A stretch of DNA of 64,000 nucleotides from a virus. Its lineage: Duplodnaviria; Caudoviricetes. This document shows positions 56,113 through 64,000 of the stretch, one piece after another (position 1 is the stretch's first letter; every line of letters starts with the position of its first letter). Made by a program: the position numbers and the translations under genes. The stretch is from positions 29,245 to 93,244 of IMG/VR virus record IMGVR_UViG_3300032138_000007; one strand, given 5' to 3'. The notes under the pieces were generated by a model. It had not been told where the DNA came from. It ran no database searches and was given only the letters and a program-made list of their open reading frames with translations.

Positions 56113-56900
56113 TGAAAGTTTTATATAGCAATGGAGATTCTTGGTCTTTTGGAACTGATTTAAGTCCAGACACAAGAGAGAATGATAGATGGAGTGCAAT
56201 ATTATCTGATAAGATGAATATGATTGATTTTAATGTTGCAACTTCTGGAGCATCTAATGATAGAATATTTAGGACAACACTTAGAGATATTTGTTTAATA
56301 AAGGACGGGAAGAATATATGGTCTGAAAAAACTGGAAATATTGGTGTTAAATTAGAAGATTTATTTGTTGTGATTGGTTTTACATCCCCAACTCGTTTTG
56401 AATATTATAATGAAGAATTAAATCAATGGAAACAGATGAGACACGATGTAGAAGATGATTGGGGGTTTAAACCAGGTGATAGAGATTATGATAATCAACT
56501 ATTAAAGGATAGGTTTGGAAGTTTACAGGGAATGTATTCGAAGTGGTTAAGTAACGTAGTATCTTTACATCATATTTTGAGTTCATTTAATATAAGACAT
56601 TTATTTTTTAATGCATTTTATCCTATGAGTGATGAAATAGAAAAAGTGATTAATGAATTACAAGAGATAGATACTATTGCAAGTGAAAGAACTGAATGGG
56701 ATGATTATGATAACCACAATAGTTATTTCGGATTGGTTTCACTTTGGAATAATTGTCCACAGTCGTTTAGGACGTTTAATGCATACCATTTTATTTCTAA
56801 GTTGGAATATCCATCTTATGATGATTTGATAACAAAATATAAACATCCTACGGAACTTGGTCATGAATATATTGCAAAACATTTATGGAAATTAATTTAA
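56106..56900 (+). CDS. SGNH-family protein
   Basis: NGDSWSFG, GASNDRIFR, GFTSPTR, HPTELGH. Confidence 0.8.
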   Translation: MLMKVLYSNGDSWSFGTDLSPDTRENDRWSAILSDKMNMIDFNVATSGASNDRIFRTTLRDICLIKDGKNIWSEKTGNIGVKLEDLFVVIGFTSPTRFEYYNEELNQWKQMRHDVEDDWGFKPGDRDYDNQLLKDRFGSLQGMYSKWLSNVVSLHHILSSFNIRHLFFNAFYPMSDEIEKVINELQEIDTIASERTEWDDYDNHNSYFGLVSLWNNCPQSFRTFNAYHFISKLEYPSYDDLITKYKHPTELGHEYIAKHLWKLI

Positions 56901-56927
56901 ACTAATAGTTATTATTAGGAGAACAAT

Positions 56928-57032
56928 ATGTTTAAAAAAATAAAACAAATTTTTTATCGTATTAAAACATGGTTTTTATATAGAAAAAAAATAAAAGAGA
57001 TTAGAAAAAGGGATCCATTTATTTATAAGTAA
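56928..57032 (+). CDS. 34-aa basic micropeptide ending DPFIYK (not in ORF track)
   Basis: MFKKIKQIFYRIKTWFLYRKKIKEIRKRDPFIYK; AGGAGA RBS; ATAGTTAT promoter variant at 56905-56912. Confidence 0.8.
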   Translation: MFKKIKQIFYRIKTWFLYRKKIKEIRKRDPFIYK

Positions 57033-57049
57033 TAATATAAGAGGTTATA

Positions 57050-58018
57050 TTGAAAATAGAAACAAAAATTCCAGATAAGCACATTATAACAGGTGGTTGT
57101 AGTTTTACAAATTGTGGTAATTCGTGGCCATATCGTATAAATCAAGAAAAACATGGTTGGGTACATAATATAGCAAGTCCAGGTGCCGGAAATTCTTATA
57201 TTTCACGAAGTGTTATCTATGAGGTAGATAGAATGTTAAATGAAGGAATTCAACCCAATGATATAACGGTTTTAGTTATGTGGAGTGGTATAGATAGATA
57301 TGAAGTGTTATCTACAAAAAAAGAAACACCAATGCATAAACTTTATATAGATGGAAATGATATGAATTGGTTAGAGAATTTTATAGGTAGACCAAATGAA
57401 TATAAAATTCCATTTGAAGAATCGTGTTGGTTAAAGAGTTCTACACGAGGTATGGAATGGGAAAATAAACCAGTAGTTAAATTATTTGATAATTACTTTA
57501 AAAATTTCTATACTGAAGAAGAAAGTTTTATTAGAAGTCTTGAGAATATGTTAAGATTACAATGGTATCTTGAAGGTAAGGATATTAAATTTAAATTTAT
57601 GACATGGCAAAATATATTTAATAAATATCGTTGTAAAATTCCTAAAGGTTATCCACTTGGTGGCCAAGATTTAATTGGACATGATATTTGGTGTATGGGG
57701 TGGTTTGATAATGAACCTTGGAGTCCGAATCGTATTTGGCCAGCAGAACATACAGCTAAAATATCAAAAGATTCATTATTATTAAAAGATATATATCAAA
57801 ATTCAACACATTTGTGGGATATGGTAGATTGGGATAAATGGTGGTTTTATGAAGATGAACAAGTGGAATACGGAGGATTATCAGAATGGATAGTTTTAGG
57901 TGAACGTCATGCATGGGGTAATGGAGTAGAAGATCCAGGACACCCATCAGAATTTTCACACAAAGAATTTACTAACAAAGTTATAAATGTGTTATTAGAT
58001 AGGATAGAGTATGTATAA
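57050..58018 (+). CDS. SGNH-family protein
   Basis: GGCSFT, GAGN, VMWSGIDR, GHPSEFSH. Confidence 0.78.
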   Translation: MKIETKIPDKHIITGGCSFTNCGNSWPYRINQEKHGWVHNIASPGAGNSYISRSVIYEVDRMLNEGIQPNDITVLVMWSGIDRYEVLSTKKETPMHKLYIDGNDMNWLENFIGRPNEYKIPFEESCWLKSSTRGMEWENKPVVKLFDNYFKNFYTEEESFIRSLENMLRLQWYLEGKDIKFKFMTWQNIFNKYRCKIPKGYPLGGQDLIGHDIWCMGWFDNEPWSPNRIWPAEHTAKISKDSLLLKDIYQNSTHLWDMVDWDKWWFYEDEQVEYGGLSEWIVLGERHAWGNGVEDPGHPSEFSHKEFTNKVINVLLDRIEYV

Positions 58019-58877
58019 TCTTGATATACCAGGATGGGCAACAGAAGCAGATTTAAAAGTTCTTGAATATTTTGCAAGTGAAGTTTCCAAGGACGGATTA
58101 ATAATAGAAATTGGAAGTTTTTGCGGAAGAACATCCTATGCTTTAGCAAAAAGTTGTGATCCTTCTACGAGAGTTGTCTGTATTGATTTATGGAGAGAAG
58201 GTACACTTTCTATTGCAACTGAAGAAATTTATAATGAAATAGAACCAACACTTGATATTGCATTTAACGACTTAAATGGTGATATGTCTAAGAATCCAGA
58301 TTCTGCATGGCATACAACGAAAAATTGGGAAAAAATATTTTCATTTAAAGATATGGGTCCAGATTATTGGGATCCAATGGAAGAACATAAAAAATGGACT
58401 CAAGATTGTGTTAATATTGAAAGAATAAAAGGACAATCACCAAATGGTAGGACAATGTTTAACGATTATTATTACGAAACTACTGGTCTGAAGAAAGAAG
58501 AATATGAAATTGATTGGTATTTGAGAGGAGAAAACCAAAAAATAGATTTATTATTTATTGATGATGAACATTGTTATGATATAGCTGCACAGATTAGATA
58601 TTGGTTGCCACATATGAGTAAAAATGGTAAAATGTGTGGACATGATTTATATATGGATAATGTTGATCCAGAAAAATTAAAAAAAGATCATTGGTTACCA
58701 GACGAAGGAAGTAAACCAGGTAGAACTAATATAAATCCTGAATATTTTTGGGGGATAAGACAGGCATCAAGGATAACAAAAAAACCCATAAAATTTGGGG
58801 GAGCAAGTTCAATTTGGTGGATAGATTTGGGAGATAATAATGGTAATATGAAAGAGGAGCCTTATTTAGTTTTATGA
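58011..58877 (+). CDS. Class I SAM methyltransferase (Methyltransf_24-like)
   Basis: IEIGSFCGRT, CIDLW, IDLLFIDDEH, MCGHD. Confidence 0.82.
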   Translation: MYNLDIPGWATEADLKVLEYFASEVSKDGLIIEIGSFCGRTSYALAKSCDPSTRVVCIDLWREGTLSIATEEIYNEIEPTLDIAFNDLNGDMSKNPDSAWHTTKNWEKIFSFKDMGPDYWDPMEEHKKWTQDCVNIERIKGQSPNGRTMFNDYYYETTGLKKEEYEIDWYLRGENQKIDLLFIDDEHCYDIAAQIRYWLPHMSKNGKMCGHDLYMDNVDPEKLKKDHWLPDEGSKPGRTNINPEYFWGIRQASRITKKPIKFGGASSIWWIDLGDNNGNMKEEPYLVL

Positions 58878-60364
58878 AGATATTAGGAATAAACGCATTA
58901 AATCATGACGCTGCTATAACTATGATACAAGATGGTGAGATTTTATTTGCTGGTCATAGTGAGAGGTATAGTGGGGTTAAAAACGATTCTGAGTTAAATA
59001 GTGCACTATTTGCCGATTGTTATAGACTTGGTGGTAAACCAGACAAGGTAGTATATTTTGAAAGACCATACTTAAAAAAGTTAAGACAACTAAGAGCAGG
59101 TCAATATGGAGAAGTATTTGCTCGTAAAAATTTACCATCTTATTATTTAAGAGATTTTGTTGGTAATTCAAAAATAGAATATGTTCAACATCATCAATCT
59201 CACGCTGCAGCAGGTTACTACACGAGTCCATATGAAGAATCGGCAATCGTAGTAATAGATGCAATAGGAGAGTTTGAGACTTGTAGTATTTGGTACGCGT
59301 GGGGAAGTCATTTTGAGAAACGATATAGTTTAAAATATCCAAAATCACTTGGTCTTTGGTATAGTGCAATGACTCAACGACTTGGATTAAAACCACAAGA
59401 AGATGAATACATCCTTATGGGAATGGCAGGTTGGGGAACGAAAGATAAAAAACTTAAAGAGAATATTCGTAAGGATTTTTTCAATGATTCAGATAAACTG
59501 ATTGACTTAAAGGACAATTTACATAGAGGTTGTTTAGGTTGGAATCCAGAATACTACCCAGATGATGATAGTGAACAATGGAAATTTGATATAGCGGCAA
59601 ATGTTCAATGGATATGTGAAGAAGAAATCCGTAAAGTATTCAGTTTAACAAAACGATTAGTTCCTGAGACTGATAATTGTGTTTATATGGGGGGAGTTGC
59701 ACTAAATTGTGTTGCTAACTCTATTATAGCCCAAAGATACTATCCAAAGTTATGGATACTACCAAACCCAGGTGATGCAGGTTCATCACTCGGTTGTGCA
59801 GCATATGTTTATGGGGAACACGTGAATTGGACATCACCATTTACTGGTTATGAGATTACAGGTCGTTATCCAAGAAAGAAAGTATTAAATGAGTTACTTG
59901 AAGGAAATATCGTTGGTGTGGCAAGCGGAAGGGCGGAGTTCGGTCCTCGAGCATTAGGAAACCGTTCTCTACTGGCAGACCCCCGTGGCGATGATATAAA
60001 GGATAGGGTGAATGCGATAAAACATAGACAAAAGTTTCGTCCATTCGCCCCATCTGTCCTTGAAGAACACGCACACGAAATTTTTGATATGCCAGTTAAG
60101 AAGTCTCAGTTTATGCAATTCGTGGCACCATGTAAGTATCCAAAGAAATATCCAGCAATCTGTCACGTAGACAATACATCAAGAGTTCAAACTGTTAGTA
60201 AAGATGATAATCCAGGTTATTATAAACTTATTAAGGAGTTTTATGAGAAAACAGGTTGTCCGATGGTATTAAATACAAGTTTAAATGTAAAAGGTAAACC
60301 AATAGTGAATAGTTATCTTGGTGGAGTTGGATTTAGTAAGAAATATGGTGTTAAGGTTTTTTAG
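58874..60364 (+). CDS. O-carbamoyltransferase (NodU/CmcH/TobZ family)
   Basis: HDAA, HHQSHAA, IDAIGE, GGVALNC, PGDAG, EFGPRALGNRS, FRPFAP, LNTS.N. Confidence 0.95.
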   Translation: MKILGINALNHDAAITMIQDGEILFAGHSERYSGVKNDSELNSALFADCYRLGGKPDKVVYFERPYLKKLRQLRAGQYGEVFARKNLPSYYLRDFVGNSKIEYVQHHQSHAAAGYYTSPYEESAIVVIDAIGEFETCSIWYAWGSHFEKRYSLKYPKSLGLWYSAMTQRLGLKPQEDEYILMGMAGWGTKDKKLKENIRKDFFNDSDKLIDLKDNLHRGCLGWNPEYYPDDDSEQWKFDIAANVQWICEEEIRKVFSLTKRLVPETDNCVYMGGVALNCVANSIIAQRYYPKLWILPNPGDAGSSLGCAAYVYGEHVNWTSPFTGYEITGRYPRKKVLNELLEGNIVGVASGRAEFGPRALGNRSLLADPRGDDIKDRVNAIKHRQKFRPFAPSVLEEHAHEIFDMPVKKSQFMQFVAPCKYPKKYPAICHVDNTSRVQTVSKDDNPGYYKLIKEFYEKTGCPMVLNTSLNVKGKPIVNSYLGGVGFSKKYGVKVF

Positions 60365-60366
60365 AT

Positions 60367-61197
60367 ATGGATTACGGAATGGAAATTATTAATAAAGAAA
60401 CAAATCAAAGATGTGATTATGTTTCATTGGATAATATTTTAGATACTAACCTTTTAGAAAGTAGTTATGATGAAATAAATAATTTTATATTAGATAAACT
60501 GAGTACAACTGAAGATTGGCAAAAATATTTGGTGAGTAGAGAGTTTCCAGATAACCAAAAATTTTCAGAACTACATGATCAGAGATTTATAATATTCTTA
60601 TCTCCAGATAACTATGATGAATTTTATCCTATAAAAAAAATAGTAACTGAATTATTGGGTTCATTGTCAGGTATTAAAGAAGTTCAAGTATTTTTTGACG
60701 GTGATGAGATGTCCAATAAAAAACCAATTGCATCAGCTGATTGTCATGTTGATAATGATAATTTTATTTGGGTAAAACTTAATACTGATAGAACTTTGAC
60801 TGTATTAGAGAGAGATGAAAGTATGTCATTTGATTATAGGTTAGTAATCGGAGATAAATTTTCTTATTTCAGTCCAGTTGGATACTTTCATGCACCGCCC
60901 GCAGGGGGAAAAGGTATTGCAATGAGACTTTCTTTAGAAAATGAATGGTTTACTTCTAATAATAAGCCAAAAATTTGTAATGATATAGTTAAATATATAA
61001 AAGAGTTTAGTTATAAAGTAAAAATTACTACGGGAAGTAGCAAAGATGAAAGATTATCATTTATAGATTACTCTGAATGTGAAGGGCATGATAACGCACA
61101 AGCAAGATTTGTTGAAAACAAAGGTTTTATGTTTGATTTTAATCAGGAAGGTAGAAAGTTATATTTAAAAGATAATATAGAGGAGTTTTATACATGA
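60367..61197 (+). CDS. Hypothetical protein, possible DSBH/2OG-Fe(II) oxygenase-like
   Basis: HVD...YFH....R spacing. Confidence 0.45.
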   Translation: MDYGMEIINKETNQRCDYVSLDNILDTNLLESSYDEINNFILDKLSTTEDWQKYLVSREFPDNQKFSELHDQRFIIFLSPDNYDEFYPIKKIVTELLGSLSGIKEVQVFFDGDEMSNKKPIASADCHVDNDNFIWVKLNTDRTLTVLERDESMSFDYRLVIGDKFSYFSPVGYFHAPPAGGKGIAMRLSLENEWFTSNNKPKICNDIVKYIKEFSYKVKITTGSSKDERLSFIDYSECEGHDNAQARFVENKGFMFDFNQEGRKLYLKDNIEEFYT

Positions 61198-62138
61198 AAA
61201 AAATATTAATTACGGGTGGGGCAGGATATTTAGGTTCTATTTTATCAAGAAAGTTACTTGATTTAGGATATAGTGTTACAGTTTATGATAACCTTATGTA
61301 TAAACAATTATCATTAGTAGATATTTGTCACTATCCTAATTTTGAATTTATTATGGGTGATGTTAGAGATGAAGAAAGTCTTTTACCTTATCTTAAAGAA
61401 ACTGATGTTATATTTCCGTTAGCAGCAATAGTAGGATTCCCAGCATGTGATAAGGATAAAAAGTTAGCTACTGAGGTTAATTATGAACAAGTAAAATTTA
61501 TAGTAGAGAATATGACTACGGAACAAAAAATAATATATCCAAATTCAAATAGTGGATATGGTGTTGGTGAGGATGGAATTTATTGTACGGAAGAATCACC
61601 ATTGAATCCTGTTAGTCATTATGGTAAAACAAAAGTTGATGCAGAATCTATTATAATGGAAAGTGGAAATGGGATAGCTTTAAGATTGGCAACAGTATTC
61701 GGAACATCACCGAGAATGAGATTAGATTTGTTAGTAAATGAGTTTGTATACAAGGCAATAACAGATACGTATATTACGGTTTTTGAAAAGGATTTTAAGA
61801 GAAATTATATACACATACAAGATGTAATTTCTGCATTTGTTTTTATGTTAGAAAATTACGATAAATATAACGGTGAAATGTTTAATGTTGGACTATCAGA
61901 TTCAAATTTGAATAAAGAAGAATTGGTTTATAAAATTAAAGGATTTATACCACACTTTGATATAAATTTTTCAGACTTTTATAGTGATCCAGACAAAAGA
62001 GATTATATTGTTTCTAATGATAAAATAGAATCAACTGGTTGGTTTCCAAAATTTTCACTTGATGATGGAATACGTGAATTAATCCAGGCATATAAAATAA
62101 TAATTAATAATGATTATAGTAGATTTAGGAATACATAG
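61194..62138 (+). CDS. NAD-dependent nucleotide-sugar epimerase/dehydratase (extended SDR)
   Basis: ITGGAGYLG, LAAIVG, YGKTK, RLATVFG, RNYIHIQD. Confidence 0.92.
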   Translation: MKKILITGGAGYLGSILSRKLLDLGYSVTVYDNLMYKQLSLVDICHYPNFEFIMGDVRDEESLLPYLKETDVIFPLAAIVGFPACDKDKKLATEVNYEQVKFIVENMTTEQKIIYPNSNSGYGVGEDGIYCTEESPLNPVSHYGKTKVDAESIIMESGNGIALRLATVFGTSPRMRLDLLVNEFVYKAITDTYITVFEKDFKRNYIHIQDVISAFVFMLENYDKYNGEMFNVGLSDSNLNKEELVYKIKGFIPHFDINFSDFYSDPDKRDYIVSNDKIESTGWFPKFSLDDGIRELIQAYKIIINNDYSRFRNT

Positions 62139-62140
62139 TT

Positions 62141-63250
62141 TTGAAACGAATATTAGTATTTGGTGATTCTTGGGTAAATGGGGGATCATTAACTTCAGAA
62201 ATGAATAAAGTTTATTATGATAATAGACATAAATATAAGATACCATATGATGAAAAACATGATTGTCAACATATTACTGGGGATATACCAGAGGGAAGAT
62301 TAAATAAATCTGGAAAGTATTGTGACAAGTATGAATTTAAATATAGCTGGCCTGGATATTTGGATAGATTACTTGAACCAAAACGAGATGGTTGGGCCGA
62401 TGATAGAGAACGATTAATTAAAAGTGAAGATTGGTCTGAGGTTGAGAGAAAGGTTGTAAAACTCTATGGGGGGAAAATCCAAAAGGGTGTATTAAATTTT
62501 GGGGAAGGTGGATTGTCAAATCAACAGATTATTAATAAAGTAGTGAAACTATTATCGAGTATGTTTAGTGATCCGGTATTCCAATTACGCTCACTTCTTT
62601 GGGGTCCCCACCACAGGCAATGGCCAAATCTCGCAGATAATCCTGATGAGGTTTTTGTTATAGTTAGTTGGACATCATTTTATAGATCTGAAATGTTTAA
62701 TTTTGCGAAAGATGGGAAATATACAACATTTGGTATTCAATCTATTTACGAGAATCATAATGGAAATTTTAGTAATACAGAATTGGAATCATTTTTAGAT
62801 ACTGTAACAAATACTCCGTATATCATTGAAAAGTATTTACAACAATGTATATATTTACATTCTTTTTTGAAATCTATTGGAGTTAAACATTTATTTTTTA
62901 ATTCTTTTAATGAAACAACTGATGTTATAAAATCAGTTCACGATCACAAATTAATTGGTGAAGTTGAATTCGAAAGAGAAGTATTTAAAAATGACCATCT
63001 TACAATGTTATATAAGATTATACCAGAAGATATTTTTTATGGTGGATCATTATTTGGTAATTCTCAACTGGCCTTTTTATTGAGACAGTTAGATAATTAT
63101 CCAGTGGATGAGAAAGAATATAAAGATGTGGCCCGCCCGGCAGGTTATAGTAGATTATTTCTTGATGATATGCATCCAAGTGAACAAGGAAATGAACTTT
63201 GGTCAAACGAATTATATAATACTGAACAAATACAAGATTTTTTAAAATGA
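62141..63250 (+). CDS. SGNH-family protein
   Basis: FGDSWVNG, GLSN, SWTSFYR, DMHPSEQG. Confidence 0.78.
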   Translation: MKRILVFGDSWVNGGSLTSEMNKVYYDNRHKYKIPYDEKHDCQHITGDIPEGRLNKSGKYCDKYEFKYSWPGYLDRLLEPKRDGWADDRERLIKSEDWSEVERKVVKLYGGKIQKGVLNFGEGGLSNQQIINKVVKLLSSMFSDPVFQLRSLLWGPHHRQWPNLADNPDEVFVIVSWTSFYRSEMFNFAKDGKYTTFGIQSIYENHNGNFSNTELESFLDTVTNTPYIIEKYLQQCIYLHSFLKSIGVKHLFFNSFNETTDVIKSVHDHKLIGEVEFEREVFKNDHLTMLYKIIPEDIFYGGSLFGNSQLAFLLRQLDNYPVDEKEYKDVARPAGYSRLFLDDMHPSEQGNELWSNELYNTEQIQDFLK

Positions 63251-63900
63251 AAAAAGAATATGAAAAAAATGGATTTGTTGTAATAGAAGATTTTTTACCC
63301 TTAGAGGTCTATAAAGAAACAATTAAAATATTTAATAACGGTGAATTTGTAGAAATTAATCAAATACGGAAAGAAAGATATAAACTTTGGGAAAATTTAG
63401 AAGATAAACATTTCCCATCAGATAATGAAGAGTATAGGGCAAATTTTTGGTCAAGTTTTGATGTGGTCAATAATCCTAAAATAATTAGAATATATGATAA
63501 ATATATTAAACCTTTACTTGAAGAGATATTAGGTGAAAAGAATCAAAAAGTTAGACATCAAGCAACTAAATATAAAAATAATGGTAAAAATTTTACAAGA
63601 ATTCACTATGATGATTATATGGGTTCAATTGGATATATATTATATTTAACAGAATTAGATTGGAAATATGATTGGGGTGGACAATTACAAATTATTAAGG
63701 AAGGTAAAATTTTATCACACCTTCCAAGTCCAAATAAATTAATTATAATTAATCATACATTAAAAAATTCACATTGGGTAACACCAGTTAGTGAGTGGTC
63801 AAAAGAGGATAGAAATACACTTACTGGATTTTGTATTAATAAAAACTTGGACTTACCCGACACGTGGAAAAACAGAAAAGATATTTCGGTGATAGAATGA
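63247..63900 (+). CDS. 2OG-Fe(II) oxygenase (prolyl-hydroxylase-like)
   Basis: VIEDFLP, HYD, WKYDWGGQL, HWVTPV, R..LTGF. Confidence 0.85.
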   Translation: MKKEYEKNGFVVIEDFLPLEVYKETIKIFNNGEFVEINQIRKERYKLWENLEDKHFPSDNEEYRANFWSSFDVVNNPKIIRIYDKYIKPLLEEILGEKNQKVRHQATKYKNNGKNFTRIHYDDYMGSIGYILYLTELDWKYDWGGQLQIIKEGKILSHLPSPNKLIIINHTLKNSHWVTPVSEWSKEDRNTLTGFCINKNLDLPDTWKNRKDISVIE

Positions 63901-64000
63901 AAGAAAGAAAAATAGTTACTTTTGGGTGTTCTTGGACAGCAGGAGACGAATTAGAGAGAAATGAGGAAGGTGATTATGTTTATGATTCATCAGTTCGTGA
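63897..64000 (+). CDS. SGNH-family protein (3'-truncated by window edge)
   Basis: MKERKIVTFGCSWTAGDEL; ATGA overlap with the upstream stop. Confidence 0.7.
   Translation, partial: MKERKIVTFGCSWTAGDELERNEEGDYVYDSSVR

Noticed and set aside
59900-60070. GC-richer patch in the carbamoyltransferase as an insertion
   Set aside because: Coincides with the conserved Gly/Arg/Pro/Ala-rich EFGPRALG-RPFAP motifs; frame is uninterrupted
55189-60364. Saxitoxin or Nod-factor biosynthesis
   Set aside because: Only the generic carbamoyltransferase/SGNH/peptide module is present; no core pathway genes
62570-62640. GC-richer stretch inside an SGNH gene
   Set aside because: In-frame loop with no flanking repeats or clear structure
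98-63206. Short minus-strand ORFs in the ORF track
   Set aside because: All lie antisense to well-supported + strand genes and lack motifs or RBS
1-64000. Stop-codon reassignment as in some large phages
   Set aside because: TAA, TAG and TGA all end genes at sensible boundaries and coding density is high under code 11
1-64000. tRNA, rRNA, integrase or transposase genes
   Set aside because: None recognised; intergenic gaps are short and show no cloverleaf
37425-64000. Bacterial chromosomal LPS/capsule locus
   Set aside because: No transport or polymerase genes, and it is continuous with phage structural genes sharing the same promoter motif

Overview
A gene-dense, AT-rich segment, almost entirely on the + strand, that reads as part of a large (probably jumbo, myovirus-like) bacteriophage genome using the standard genetic code with strong AGGAG ribosome-binding sites. 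Order of modules: (1) 1-9789, baseplate/fibre-attachment structural genes with two paralog families, a PKD-(GGNGK)9 protein and a SET-domain gene; (2) 9850-14224, a host-envelope cassette (mini-MscS, outer-membrane barrel-like protein, lipoprotein, metallothionein-like peptide, MshEN-type c-di-GMP-binding membrane protein, CxxC-less thioredoxin); (3) 14227-19448, resolvase, primase, a fused Mre11-Rad50 (SbcD-SbcC) and the only convincing minus-strand gene, a ribbon-helix-helix protein; (4) 19542-36725, a 3927-aa repeat fibre, a Gly-rich partner, a stand-alone S74 chaperone and two Hint-domain proteins; (5) 37425-64000, a very large glycan-building and glycan-decorating island (three GT7 with an inserted LamG domain, four GT10-like, GT2, radical SAM, methyltransferases, nucleotide-sugar dehydrogenase, SDR, 2OG oxygenases, five SGNH proteins, a carbamoyltransferase and a PFIY-ended micropeptide). 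A recurrent ATATTTAT motif oriented with transcription marks intergenic gaps. Best candidates for undescribed systems: a donor-strand 'split domain' assembly linking a strand-less PKD-(GGNGK)9 protein with its neighbours and a SET methyltransferase; a Tyr-peptide carbamoyl relay to SGNH proteins; and a Ser-Gly-Ser sequon-based virion glycan coat. All assignments come from motif recognition by eye; no database searches were run.
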